This document shows positions 50,964 to 60,469 of a stretch of DNA of 64,000 nucleotides, one piece after another. Every line of letters begins with the position of its first letter. The first letter of the stretch is position 1. The notes below the pieces were generated by a model, which worked only from the letters and a program-made list of their open reading frames with translations, did not search any database and was not told the origin of the DNA. The stretch comes from Bacillota bacterium (lineage in GTDB: Bacteria; Bacillota; Clostridia; Christensenellales; CAG-138): positions 6,617 to 70,616 of the forward strand of contig JAEWYO010000052.1 of the NCBI GenBank assembly GCA_023395595.1, given 5' to 3'. A program made the position numbers and the translations under genes.

Positions 50964-53429
50964 ATGTCAAAGCAAATTTTCATCGATCCAAATGTGGTTA
51001 GAAAGCCTGAAACACTCTCGTTCCCGTCGATTCCGGTCAACCAATATCAAAAGAGCGTCAAGGACGAGAAGAAGAACTTCACAAAAGAAGAGTTCCTGAA
51101 TATCTACCGTGATATGGCGTATATTCGCGAGTTTGAGACCATGCTCAACCTCATCAAGACCACAAACGAATATTGCGGCGTGCAGTATAACCATCCCGGC
51201 CCGGCGCATCTTGGCATCGGTCAGGAAGCCGCCTATGTTGGCGCGGCGTATGAACTCACACTGGATGATTTTACGTTTGGTTCGCACCGCAGCCACGGCG
51301 AAATCATCGCAAAAGGCCTGCGTTCCATCCAGATTCTCGACGATGCCAAGCTGATGGAGATCATGGAGAATTTCTTCGGTGGGCGCACGCTCTCCGTGGT
51401 AAAAGACAGCGGTAAAACGGTCAAGGAGATCGCGATCAACTTCTTGCTCTACGGCATGATGTGCGAAACCTTTGCCCGCAAAAACGGCTTTAACCAGGGA
51501 CTCGGCGGTTCGATGCACGCGTTCTTCACGCCGTTCGGCATCTTCCCGAACAACGCGATCGTCGGCGGCAGCGGCAGCATCGCTCCGGGTGCAGCGCTCT
51601 TCAAACTCAGCAACAAGAAACCCGGCGTGGTTGTTTGCAACATCGGCGATGGCAGCATCGCCTGTGGTCCGGTCTGGGAAGGACTGATGATCTCCGCTAT
51701 GGATCAGGTTCGTACCCTTTGGGGTGAAAACGGCGGCGGTATGCCGATCATCTTCAACGTCAACGACAACTTCTATGGCATGGGCGGTCAGACACGCGGC
51801 GAAACCATGGGCTACGACATGGTGGCGCGCATTGCGGCGGGCGTGATGCCCTCCGCCATGCATGCAGAACGCGTGGACGGCTTCAATCCGCTGGCGGTTA
51901 TCGACGCCTACCGCAGAAAGATTCCCGTGGCGAAGGCGGAAGGCCCTGTGCTGCTCGACCTCGTTACTTATCGTTTCAGCGGACACAGCCCGTCGGACTC
52001 CAGCACCTACCGCACCAAGGAAGAGATCGAAGCTTGGGAAGCACAGGATTCCATCCTCGCGTTTGGCAAGCAAATCGTCGAAGCCAAGATTGCCACACAG
52101 GACGAACTGGACGCCATCTGGGTTGCGATCAAGGACAACATGCTGCGCAACATGAAGCTATCCATCGACGAAAGCGTGTCCCCACGCATCGACGTGTTTG
52201 GCGCGGAGAGCGATTACATCGGTAATCTGATGTTCTCGAACCAGAAAGTGCGCTCTTTTGATGAAACGAGAAAGCCGGATGTGCTGCTCCCGCGCGAAGA
52301 GTGCCCGCGTGTTCAGTTGCTCAGCAAGCGCGCGCGCTTTGGCTTGGAAGCGGATGGCAAACCCGTGAGCAAGAACCGCGTCTATCAGCTGCGCGACGGC
52401 ATCGCGGAACCCATCATCAACAAGTTCTATGAGGACCCGACACTCGTGGCCTTTGGCGAAGACGTACGTGACTGGGGCGGCGCATTTGCGGTCTACCGTG
52501 GCATGACGGAGGCGATTCCGTATCACCGCCTGTTCAACACGCCCATCGCAGAGGCTGGCATCGTCGGTGCCGCAATCGGCTACGCCATGAGCGGTGGCCG
52601 TGCGGTTGCAGAACTGATGTATTGCGATTTCTTGGGTCGTGCGGGTGACGAAATCTTTAACCAACTCTGCAAATGGCAGTCCATGAGCGCAGGCATGCTT
52701 AAGATGCCGGTCGTGCTCCGCATGAGCGTCGGCAGCAAGTACGGCGCGCAGCACTCCCAGGATTGGAGCGCGCTGATGACGCACATCCCCGGACTCAAAG
52801 TTGTCTTCCCTGCAACGCCATATGACGCAAAGGGATTGATGCAATCTGCACTGAACGGAACTGACCCGGTTATCTTCCTCGAAAGCCAGCGCCTCTATGA
52901 CGTTGCGGAGCTCTTCCACACGGAGGGCGTGCCGGAAGCGGAATACGAAATCCCGTTTGGCGAACCCGATGTCAAGCGCGCGGGCAAGGACGTGACTATT
53001 CTCTCGATTGGTGCTACGCTCTATCGCGCCACCAAGGCCGCGGACATTCTGCAGGAGAAGTATGGCGTTTCGGCGGAGATCATCGATGCGCGTTCGCTCG
53101 TTCCGTTCAACTATGAGCCCGTCATTGAAAGCATCAAGAAGACCGGACGCATCGTCGTCACGGGCGATGCCTGCGAGCGCAACAGCTTCATGCGCAACCT
53201 CGCGAGCAACATCGCAGAACTTGCGTTTGACTATCTGGATGCACCGCCGGTCGTCGTTGGTGCAAAGAACTGGATCACGCCGGCACATGAGATGGAAGAT
53301 GCGTTCTTCCCGCAGCCGGAATGGATTGTGGACGCGATTCACGAGCGCATCCTGCCGCTGAATGGTCACGTTTGCAAGCATAACTTCACCGAATTGGAGC
53401 AGATTCGCGAAAACAAGCGCGGTATCTAA
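50964..53429 (+). CDS. fused E1 alpha/beta thiamine-diphosphate-dependent 2-oxoacid dehydrogenase component
   Basis: 821 aa. The N-terminal half has the TPP motif GDGS..(27 aa)..NVNDN. The C-terminal half (from about aa 480) is E1-beta-like (NTPIAEAGIVGAAIGYAMSG, FPATPYDAKGL). Confidence 0.88.
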   Translation: MSKQIFIDPNVVRKPETLSFPSIPVNQYQKSVKDEKKNFTKEEFLNIYRDMAYIREFETMLNLIKTTNEYCGVQYNHPGPAHLGIGQEAAYVGAAYELTLDDFTFGSHRSHGEIIAKGLRSIQILDDAKLMEIMENFFGGRTLSVVKDSGKTVKEIAINFLLYGMMCETFARKNGFNQGLGGSMHAFFTPFGIFPNNAIVGGSGSIAPGAALFKLSNKKPGVVVCNIGDGSIACGPVWEGLMISAMDQVRTLWGENGGGMPIIFNVNDNFYGMGGQTRGETMGYDMVARIAAGVMPSAMHAERVDGFNPLAVIDAYRRKIPVAKAEGPVLLDLVTYRFSGHSPSDSSTYRTKEEIEAWEAQDSILAFGKQIVEAKIATQDELDAIWVAIKDNMLRNMKLSIDESVSPRIDVFGAESDYIGNLMFSNQKVRSFDETRKPDVLLPREECPRVQLLSKRARFGLEADGKPVSKNRVYQLRDGIAEPIINKFYEDPTLVAFGEDVRDWGGAFAVYRGMTEAIPYHRLFNTPIAEAGIVGAAIGYAMSGGRAVAELMYCDFLGRAGDEIFNQLCKWQSMSAGMLKMPVVLRMSVGSKYGAQHSQDWSALMTHIPGLKVVFPATPYDAKGLMQSALNGTDPVIFLESQRLYDVAELFHTEGVPEAEYEIPFGEPDVKRAGKDVTILSIGATLYRATKAADILQEKYGVSAEIIDARSLVPFNYEPVIESIKKTGRIVVTGDACERNSFMRNLASNIAELAFDYLDAPPVVVGAKNWITPAHEMEDAFFPQPEWIVDAIHERILPLNGHVCKHNFTELEQIRENKRGI

Positions 53430-53446
53430 TCGATTGCGAAATTGTT

Positions 53447-53476
53447 GGCGGCGAATATGGTATAATATTCGTCGCC
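53447..53476 (+). terminator. 12-bp hairpin after the E1 gene (possible terminator) carrying an extended -10 in its loop
   Basis: ggcggcgaatat (53447-53458) pairs with atattcgtcgcc (53465-53476), one G-U pair. The loop and right arm read TGGTATAAT. Only a moderately T-rich tail follows (atcttcttta). Confidence 0.45.
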
Positions 53477-53539
53477 ATCTTCTTTATAATCAACTCACAA
53501 TAAAAACGCGGACACATCATGAGAAAGGATGCATACGAC

Positions 53540-55543
53540 ATGAATACAATCGAACAAAAAGCGATTACGACCATTCGTTTTCTCGCAGCGGAGGCCGTTC
53601 AGAAGGCAAACAGCGGACATCCGGGACTGCCAATTGGCGCGGCACCGATGGCGCTGACGCTCTGGAAGCAGATGCGCCATGATCCCAAGGACGCAACATG
53701 GGCAGGCAGAGATCGCTTTGTTCTTTCCGCCGGACATGCGTCCATGCTGGAATATTCGCTTCTGCATCTCTTTGGCTATGGGCTTTCGATTGACGAGCTC
53801 AAGAATTTCCGCCAGTGGGGCAGCAAGACACCGGGACATCCGGAGTTTGGTCACACGGTCGGCGTGGAGACCACGACAGGCCCGCTGGGGCAGGGGATTG
53901 CAACCGCAGTCGGCATGGCGATGGCAGAGGCACGTTTGGCGGCGGAGTTCAACCGCGAGGGTTATCCCGTCGTCGATAACTACACCTACGCGCTCACGGG
54001 CGACGGTTGCCTGATGGAAGGCGTTGCGTCCGAGGCGGCATCGCTTGCGGGACACCTTGGCCTCGGTAAGTTGATCCTGCTCTATGATCGAAACGAAATC
54101 ACGATTGAGGGCAGCACGAGCCTTGCGTTTACCGAAGATGTCGCCAAACGGTTTGAATCTTATGGATGGACGGTGCAGACCGTGAAAAACGGCGAAGACA
54201 CGGTGTCCATCGCAAAAGCGATTGAGAGCGCAAAGGCAGACACCAAACATCCGTCGCTGATCATCGTGCATACGGAGATTGCGCACGGCACACCGAAGGC
54301 AAACTCCGCAAGCGCACACGGCGAACCGCTGGGCAGCGACGCGCTCAAAGCCATGCGAGAATCCTACGGCTGGAACGAGGAACCGTTTGCGGTTCCCGAG
54401 GATGTGAAGGCATATTTTGCCGAGCTACAGAAGGGCTATAGCAAGCAGCACGCGGACTATGACGCGATGTTTGAAGGCTACAAAAAGGCTTATCCTGAAC
54501 TCTTCACCAAGTGGCTTGCATGGCACGAGAAGAAACTGCCCGATGCGCTGAAGAAAGACCCGCGCTTGTTTGCTTCAACCGATCCCAAAGCGACGCGTAT
54601 CGTCAGCGGCGAACTGCTCAATCTGTTTGCCGAGTATATGCCGAACCTCTTTGGCGGCAGCGCAGATCTTGCGCCGTCTAACAAGACGGAGCTCAAGGGC
54701 AAAGGCTTCTTTGGCATCGAAAACCACACGGGCGCAAACATCCATTTCGGTATTCGCGAATTTGCGATGGCGGCAATCTGCAATGGAATCCAGCTCTACG
54801 GCGGGTTTCATGCCTATTGCGCAACATTTCTTGTGTTTACGGATTATCTCAAGCCCGCGCTGCGACTTTCCGCAATTATGCACCAGCCGGTTGTCTATGT
54901 GATGACCCACGACAGCATCGGCGTTGGCGAAGACGGGCCCACGCATCAGCCGATTGAGCACCTTGCCGCTCTGCGCGCAACGCCGGACACGCTCGTGTTC
55001 CGCCCGGCGGACGCGAAGGAGACCGCCTATAGCTATCTCATGGCGTTTGAGGCGACGAAGCCTTCCGTGCTCGCACTCACGCGTCAAAATCTACCGCAAT
55101 ATGCCGAGACGGGAGAGGGCGCATACAAAGGCGGCTATATCCTGAAAGACGGAAAGAAGAAACCGGATGTGATCTTGATGGCAAGCGGCAGCGAGGTCGA
55201 GCTCATCTACAAAGCGGCCGATCAACTCGCGACGGAGGGCATCAGTGCACGCGTCGTCTCCATGCCGTGTCTGGATCTCTTTGATGAGCAGGACGCAAGC
55301 TACAAAGAGTCTGTGCTACCCAGAAGCGTGCGTGCGCGCGTTGCCGTCGAGGCGGCATCCGCCTATAGCTGGGATCGCTATGTCGGGCTCGACGGTGAAA
55401 CCGTCTGTATCGATCACTTTGGCGCTTCCGCACCGGCGGGCGTTCTCTTCAAGGAATTCGGCTTCACGGTTGAAAATGTGGTCGCGGCGGCAAAAGCGAG
55501 TCTTGAGAAAGTCAAGAACTGGAACAAACCCGTTCACTCGTGA
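53540..55543 (+). CDS. tkt: transketolase (single-polypeptide form)
   Basis: Starts [29 protein letters not shown]. Contains GDGCLMEG and [18 protein letters not shown] 53540 has AAAGGA upstream. ATG 53519 is an alternative start. Confidence 0.93.
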   Translation: MNTIEQKAITTIRFLAAEAVQKANSGHPGLPIGAAPMALTLWKQMRHDPKDATWAGRDRFVLSAGHASMLEYSLLHLFGYGLSIDELKNFRQWGSKTPGHPEFGHTVGVETTTGPLGQGIATAVGMAMAEARLAAEFNREGYPVVDNYTYALTGDGCLMEGVASEAASLAGHLGLGKLILLYDRNEITIEGSTSLAFTEDVAKRFESYGWTVQTVKNGEDTVSIAKAIESAKADTKHPSLIIVHTEIAHGTPKANSASAHGEPLGSDALKAMRESYGWNEEPFAVPEDVKAYFAELQKGYSKQHADYDAMFEGYKKAYPELFTKWLAWHEKKLPDALKKDPRLFASTDPKATRIVSGELLNLFAEYMPNLFGGSADLAPSNKTELKGKGFFGIENHTGANIHFGIREFAMAAICNGIQLYGGFHAYCATFLVFTDYLKPALRLSAIMHQPVVYVMTHDSIGVGEDGPTHQPIEHLAALRATPDTLVFRPADAKETAYSYLMAFEATKPSVLALTRQNLPQYAETGEGAYKGGYILKDGKKKPDVILMASGSEVELIYKAADQLATEGISARVVSMPCLDLFDEQDASYKESVLPRSVRARVAVEAASAYSWDRYVGLDGETVCIDHFGASAPAGVLFKEFGFTVENVVAAAKASLEKVKNWNKPVHS

Positions 55544-55606
55544 TTCGTGGAACGATCCGATTCGATCACAGCCCAAAGCCAAACAAACCAACAGGAGGGA
55601 CTGCCT

Positions 55607-56578
55607 TTGAACCGATTTTTAAGCACAAACTGCGTTGATCCCTATGAAAACCTTGCGTTGGAAGAGTTGCTCTTTGAAACACAGGGGGAGGGCGCAACGT
55701 TCTATCTTTGGCAAAACGAGCGTACTGTCGTTATCGGGCGAAACCAGAACGCGTGGCGCGAATGCCGCGTGGAGCTGCTGGAAAGCGAGGACGGCAAGCT
55801 TGCGCGCCGTTCCTCCGGCGGTGGTGCGGTGTTCCACGATCTGGGCAACCTCAATTTCACGTTCCTGCTACCAAAGGATCAATACGATCTTGTGCGTCAG
55901 CTTGGTGTGATTCAAAAAGCAGCTGCAAAGTTCGGAATTGAAACCTCGTTCACGGGAAGAAACGATTTGGTCTTGACCGCGACTGGGGAGAAATTCTCCG
56001 GCAATGCATTTCGTTTCTCCAACAATGTTGCGCTGCATCACGGCACCATTCTGATTTCGGCCGACTTCTCGCGTTTGGGGCGCTATCTTGCGCCTTCACA
56101 AATGAAGCTGGAATCCAAGGGCGTAAAAAGCGTGGTCAGCCGTGTAACTAACCTCGGGCTGCAAAACCCGGAGTTGACCGTAGAGACGATGAAACAGGCG
56201 CTGATGGAAGCATTTGAGGCGGAATATGGCGCGTATGAACCGCATAGTTGGGATTTGATCAACAAAGAGAAGCTGGAACAAAAGCGACAGACGTATGCGT
56301 CCTGGGAGTGGAAGTTTGGCACCACTCCGTCGTTCAACATTTCACTCGAAAACCGGTTTGAGTTTGGTTGTCTGGAGCTGCTGCTCAACGTGCAAAACGG
56401 AATTGTTGCCTCCGCCGTATGTTATACCGACGCAATGGACGCGACGCTTGCCAAACGCATCGAAGAGTTGCTAACCGGCTGCAACTATGGCAGCGGCGCA
56501 CTCTGCGCGCGGTTGCTTGACGCGGGCGGAGAAGACGAGAAGGCGATTGCTGCGTACTTGTCTCAGCAGACGTTCTAA
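55607..56578 (+). CDS. lplA: lipoate-protein ligase A
   Basis: Contains DPYENLALEE, RRSSGGGAVFHDLGN, and the lysine in EKFSGNAF. TTG 55607 lies 7 nt after AGGAGGGA. ATG 55547 abuts the tkt stop and is less likely. Confidence 0.87.
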   Translation: MNRFLSTNCVDPYENLALEELLFETQGEGATFYLWQNERTVVIGRNQNAWRECRVELLESEDGKLARRSSGGGAVFHDLGNLNFTFLLPKDQYDLVRQLGVIQKAAAKFGIETSFTGRNDLVLTATGEKFSGNAFRFSNNVALHHGTILISADFSRLGRYLAPSQMKLESKGVKSVVSRVTNLGLQNPELTVETMKQALMEAFEAEYGAYEPHSWDLINKEKLEQKRQTYASWEWKFGTTPSFNISLENRFEFGCLELLLNVQNGIVASAVCYTDAMDATLAKRIEELLTGCNYGSGALCARLLDAGGEDEKAIAAYLSQQTF

Positions 56579-56613
56579 GCAGACGTTTTAAACAAAGAAA
56601 ACCCAAAACAGGC

Positions 56614-56650
56614 AAAGAGACGGGGAAGTGAATCCCCGTCTCTTATTGTT
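56614..56650. terminator. bidirectional terminator between lplA and the SPFH gene
   Basis: Perfect 12-bp stem aagagacgggga / tccccgtctctt, followed by attgtttt. Confidence 0.78.
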
Positions 56651-56663
56651 TTGTGCTGGATTG

Positions 56664-57512
56664 TTACTGGAGAAGCCCGCTGATGTCCGTAAACGTGCTT
56701 GCACCTCCGGTGACTTTGGGCAGTTCGCCATTCCATTTTTGCAGTAGTTCATAGCGAATCAAAATATCGCTGAGTGAGAGCGCAATGGTCTGGTTGCTGC
56801 TTGCGGTTGCGTCTGCGAGAAGCTTGATCTTGTCCGCTTCCGCCTGCGCCGCAATGACTTGCTTCTGCGCTTCGGTGTTGGCTATGACGAGAGCCTGCTC
56901 CTGCTCTGTGCGGGTTTTAATCAGGTTTTGCTCAGCGACCTGCTTTGCTTCAATCGCGCTGATGTACTCCTCTGAGAAGTCCCAATTGATGATGTTGAGG
57001 TCGTCAATCACGATGCCATACTCATTGAGTTTCGCGTTGAGGGATTCGTCTAGCAAAACGCTGACATCGTTACGCTGACTCACAAGCTGCTGGGCCGTAT
57101 AGTTTGCTGTGACCGCTTTGAGCACCTCGTTGATGGCGGGCATGACGAGGACATCTTCATATCCGAGACCAACCTGTTTGTAGATTTCCGCGCTGGAAGA
57201 CTTATTGACATGATAGTTCACCGCGATAACAGACGAAACCGTTTGCAAATCTTTGCTGAAGGCTTCAGTGGTCACTTCGGTTTTTACAATTCGGTTGTTG
57301 ATGGTCACGACGTTCTGCGCAAACGGCATCTTCAGATGAATGCCTTCCTGCATCACAACGGGGCTGACCTTACCAAACGTAAGCACAACACCGGTGCGAC
57401 CGGCTTCTACAACGACGATGCTTCCGCCAAGTACGACGAGAACCACAACGAGAACAGTAATCAAGGCAATAATCTTGCCAACCGCTACATTTCCGGCTTT
57501 ATCTCTGAACAT
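56664..57512 (-). CDS. SPFH/band-7 (prohibitin-like) membrane protein
   Basis: Start at MFRDKAGNVAVGKIIALITVLVVV (ATG 57512, AAGGGAG RBS). One TM, an SPFH core, and a coiled-coil tail (AEQNLIKTRTEQEQALV). Confidence 0.85.
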   Translation of the reverse strand: MFRDKAGNVAVGKIIALITVLVVVLVVLGGSIVVVEAGRTGVVLTFGKVSPVVMQEGIHLKMPFAQNVVTINNRIVKTEVTTEAFSKDLQTVSSVIAVNYHVNKSSSAEIYKQVGLGYEDVLVMPAINEVLKAVTANYTAQQLVSQRNDVSVLLDESLNAKLNEYGIVIDDLNIINWDFSEEYISAIEAKQVAEQNLIKTRTEQEQALVIANTEAQKQVIAAQAEADKIKLLADATASSNQTIALSLSDILIRYELLQKWNGELPKVTGGASTFTDISGLLQ

Positions 57513-57587
57513 ATACACTCCCTTTTTCTTTCTAGTCTCTCTATCCGGCAACAACATCCCTGTGGGATATTTTGTCGGAATGTGATT

Positions 57588-57615
57588 ATTATATCATTTG
57601 CAGCGATGCATTCAA
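57588..57615 (-). promoter_or_regulatory. candidate promoter of the SPFH gene with extended -10
   Basis: Minus strand: TTGAAT (57610-57615), 16-nt spacer ending in TGA, then TATAAT (57588-57593). Confidence 0.5.
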
Positions 57616-57654
57616 TGATTCTGGTCACGCAGAATGCAATCTAATTGTGAAATC

Positions 57655-57690
57655 GTAAAACGCAAAGCAGCGGGGGTGAACCCCGCCGCT
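57655..57690 (-). terminator. intrinsic terminator downstream of the xdhD-like gene
   Basis: Minus strand: GC stem gcgggg/ccccgc followed by tgctttgcgtttt. A second weaker hairpin lies at about 57706-57732. Confidence 0.55.
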
Positions 57691-57802
57691 TCGGAATGAG
57701 GAAACAACAAACCATAGCCAATGGTTGTTCGAATCAAGCAACGGCGCAAACTCGATCACAGAGTGTGCCGCGCCTGGGAAATGGTCTCAATATGAATGGG
57801 AT

Positions 57803-60367
57803 TCACTTTTTGCTGTATGGTGTGTTTTCCAACGGAAGTTTGGTGCGGAATATGCCATCTCGATTGAAATACGCGAGCTGAACCGCGGGCGCAGTCGGAA
57901 TCGAGCAGATTTCACCAACGCCTTTTGCGCCGCAAGCCAGACCGTCTTTGGTCGATTTTCCGACAATCACGGGTACTACTTCCGGTGTCATGTTTGCCTT
58001 AAAGAGACCGAGCGTACCAAACTTGCGTGCTGGTTTCCCGTTTTCGAGCGGGAAATCTTCGGTCAGCGCATAGCCGAGGCTCATCACAACGCCGCCTTCG
58101 ATCTGTCCTTCCAGAGAGACGGGGTTGACCGCCTGACCAACGTCGTGCGCTGCGGTGACACAAGAGACGCGTCCTTCGTCGTCCAGCTCGACCACCTGTG
58201 TAGCGTACCCATAGGCGATGTGGGAAACGGGGTTTGCTTTGTCCGAACCCATCGAGTCGGTTTTTCCTTCGTATTCGCCGAGGAAGCTCTGTCCTTCGAG
58301 TGCGTCAAGAGAACCCGCAGTGTCCATCGCTTCCTTGACCATCTTTGCCGCGCGCACGGCAGCCTCGCCGGTGAAGAGCGTCTGGCGGGAGGCGGTCGTG
58401 TTGCCGGAGTTTGGCGCGCTGGAAGTGTCCGGTACATGATAGATAATTTTCTCCAACGGGAGGCCGGTGATCTCTTTCACAAACTGTGTCTGGATCGTGC
58501 CCATGCCTTGTCCGATGCAGGCAGCGGAGGAGTGCAGATGCAGCTTGCCTTCCAGCACTTCGATCCGGCATCTGCCGACATCGGGCACGCCGACACCGAG
58601 GCCGCTATTCTTGATCGCGCAGGCGATACCGGCCTTCGGATTACGCTCAATGATCGGGCGAACCGCATCCAGCGTTTCGATCAATGCGGTGGTTTCGTCG
58701 GCTACCTGCCCGTTAGGCAGAATCTGTCCCGGACGAATGCCGTTGAGATAGCGGAATTCGAATGGCGTCATGCCGACCATTTCTGCGAGCTGATTGAGGT
58801 TGCATTCCGTTGCAAAGCAGCTCTGCGTCACGCCGAAACCGCGGAATGCGCCGCCCGGTGGGTTGTTGGTATAGTAGGCGTAGCCTTCGATGTCTACATC
58901 CTGATAGTTATAGGGACCTGCCGCGTGCGTACAGGCGCGCTGCAACACAGGCCCGCCGAGGGAGGCATAGGCGCCGCTGTCCGCGATGATACGCGCGCGC
59001 ATAGCGGTGAGTTTTCCGTTTTCGTCGCAGGCGGTGGTGAAATCCATCTCCATCGCGTGGCGTTTCGGGTGGATCAATAGGCTTTCCGCGCGGGTAAAGC
59101 GCACCTTAACCGGACGCTTGAGCAGATAACACGCAAGCGCCGCGTGATGCTGCACGCTCATGTCCTCTTTGCCGCCAAATCCGCCGCCGACCATCATTGC
59201 GGTCACGCGTACTTGCTCCTGCGGCAGACCCAGCATCATGGAACACTCTTTTCGGGTTTGATACACACCCTGATCACCGGAAAAGATATGCACGCCGTCG
59301 CCTTCGACTTCGGCAACCGCGCACTCCGGCTCTAAAAACGCATGGTCGGTAAACGGCACGCTGTAGTGATTGGTAACCACATGCGCGCTGTTTTTGATGA
59401 TTTCTTCTGCGTTTCCGCGTTTGACGCACTGATAGGAGAGCAGGTTGTCTTTGCGTTCCAAATGGACGAGTTCAAAGCCATCCTTGCTCGCATCATCTGC
59501 GGAGAGAATAGGGGTAAGTGGTTCGTATTCGACCTTGACCGCGGCTTTTCCCGCCTCCAACGCGGCGGCATTTTCCGCAACCACGAGGACGATCGCATCG
59601 CCAAGAAAATGCGTGATGCTGCCAACCGGAATCAGCACGTCATAATCCTGCACAAGATGCCCAATCTTCTTTGCGCCGGGCACATCGTCCGCTGTGAACA
59701 CAGCAACCACACCTTCTACCGCTTTTGCGGCGGAGGTGTCGATGGAGAGCACCTTAGCGCGGGGAAAACTCGCGCGTACGCAAGAACCAAGCAGCATGCC
59801 GGGCAGATAGATATCGTCTGCATATTGCGCGGTTCCGAGCGTCTTATCTACCACTTCGATGCGGCGGATGCTGTCGCCAACCGTGCCGGGCAGTTCCGTT
59901 GCGGGTACTTCCGTATTCTCTCGGAATAGCTTTGCCGAAAGCAAAATCGCGTCTTCAATCTTCTTATATCCTGTGCAGCGGCAGATGTTGTTTTTGATGG
60001 CTTCTTTTACATCTGCGCGTGTGGGGTCGGGATTTTTGTCGATTAGACCTTTCGCGCTGATGACCATGCCGGGTGTGCAAAAACCGCACTGTACCGCGCC
60101 GGAAACGGCAAATGCATACGCATAGACGTCTTTCTCGCGCGAGGTGAGACCTTCGACGGTGACAATTGTCTTGCCGTCGAGCTTATCGGTCTGTTGGATG
60201 CAGGCTTTGGTCGTTTTTCCGTCAATGAGAACCATGCATGTGCCGCAAGCGCCCTCTGAACAGCCGTTTTTTACGCTGGTGAGGTGCAATGTATCACGCA
60301 GAAAGGGGAGTAGTTTTTGATTTTGATCAACGGAAAGTTGAATACCGTTTACGGTAAGAATTGCCAT
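57803..60367 (-). CDS. xdhD: molybdopterin hydroxylase with fused 2x[2Fe-2S] and Mo-cofactor domains (XdhD / aldehyde-oxidoreductase architecture, no FAD domain)
   Basis: 854 aa. GCSEGACGTCMV and CGFCTPGM..CRCTGY Fe-S motifs, then an xanthine-dehydrogenase-family Mo-binding body (GGGFGGK, SGAYASLG). Adjacent to ygfK and ssnA as in E. coli. Confidence 0.82.
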   Translation of the reverse strand: MAILTVNGIQLSVDQNQKLLPFLRDTLHLTSVKNGCSEGACGTCMVLIDGKTTKACIQQTDKLDGKTIVTVEGLTSREKDVYAYAFAVSGAVQCGFCTPGMVISAKGLIDKNPDPTRADVKEAIKNNICRCTGYKKIEDAILLSAKLFRENTEVPATELPGTVGDSIRRIEVVDKTLGTAQYADDIYLPGMLLGSCVRASFPRAKVLSIDTSAAKAVEGVVAVFTADDVPGAKKIGHLVQDYDVLIPVGSITHFLGDAIVLVVAENAAALEAGKAAVKVEYEPLTPILSADDASKDGFELVHLERKDNLLSYQCVKRGNAEEIIKNSAHVVTNHYSVPFTDHAFLEPECAVAEVEGDGVHIFSGDQGVYQTRKECSMMLGLPQEQVRVTAMMVGGGFGGKEDMSVQHHAALACYLLKRPVKVRFTRAESLLIHPKRHAMEMDFTTACDENGKLTAMRARIIADSGAYASLGGPVLQRACTHAAGPYNYQDVDIEGYAYYTNNPPGGAFRGFGVTQSCFATECNLNQLAEMVGMTPFEFRYLNGIRPGQILPNGQVADETTALIETLDAVRPIIERNPKAGIACAIKNSGLGVGVPDVGRCRIEVLEGKLHLHSSAACIGQGMGTIQTQFVKEITGLPLEKIIYHVPDTSSAPNSGNTTASRQTLFTGEAAVRAAKMVKEAMDTAGSLDALEGQSFLGEYEGKTDSMGSDKANPVSHIAYGYATQVVELDDEGRVSCVTAAHDVGQAVNPVSLEGQIEGGVVMSLGYALTEDFPLENGKPARKFGTLGLFKANMTPEVVPVIVGKSTKDGLACGAKGVGEICSIPTAPAVQLAYFNRDGIFRTKLPLENTPYSKK

Positions 60368-60416
60368 TGTGATCCCTCCAACTGAGGCTTCGTTAATGCA
60401 AGTGTGTAGAAAAGAA

Positions 60417-60456
60417 GCGTCTGCCGCCGCTCCGGTTTACGAAACGACGGCAGCGC
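60417..60456 (-). terminator. terminator-like hairpin between ygfK and the xdhD-like gene
   Basis: About 12-bp GC-rich stem (gcgctgccgtcg / cggcggcag.acgc) with a 15-nt loop, followed on the minus strand by cttcttttct. Confidence 0.4.
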
Positions 60457-60469
60457 ATATGCATAGTGG

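Noticed and set aside
50967-53381. Two long minus-strand ORFs (368 aa and 407 aa)
   Set aside because: Both are antisense to the fused E1 gene and have no motifs. They arise from stop-codon depletion in a GC-rich antisense frame.
57725-59080. 451-aa plus-strand ORF
   Set aside because: It is antisense to the xdhD-like gene. Its 5' end also overlaps the terminator region, and no RBS is present.
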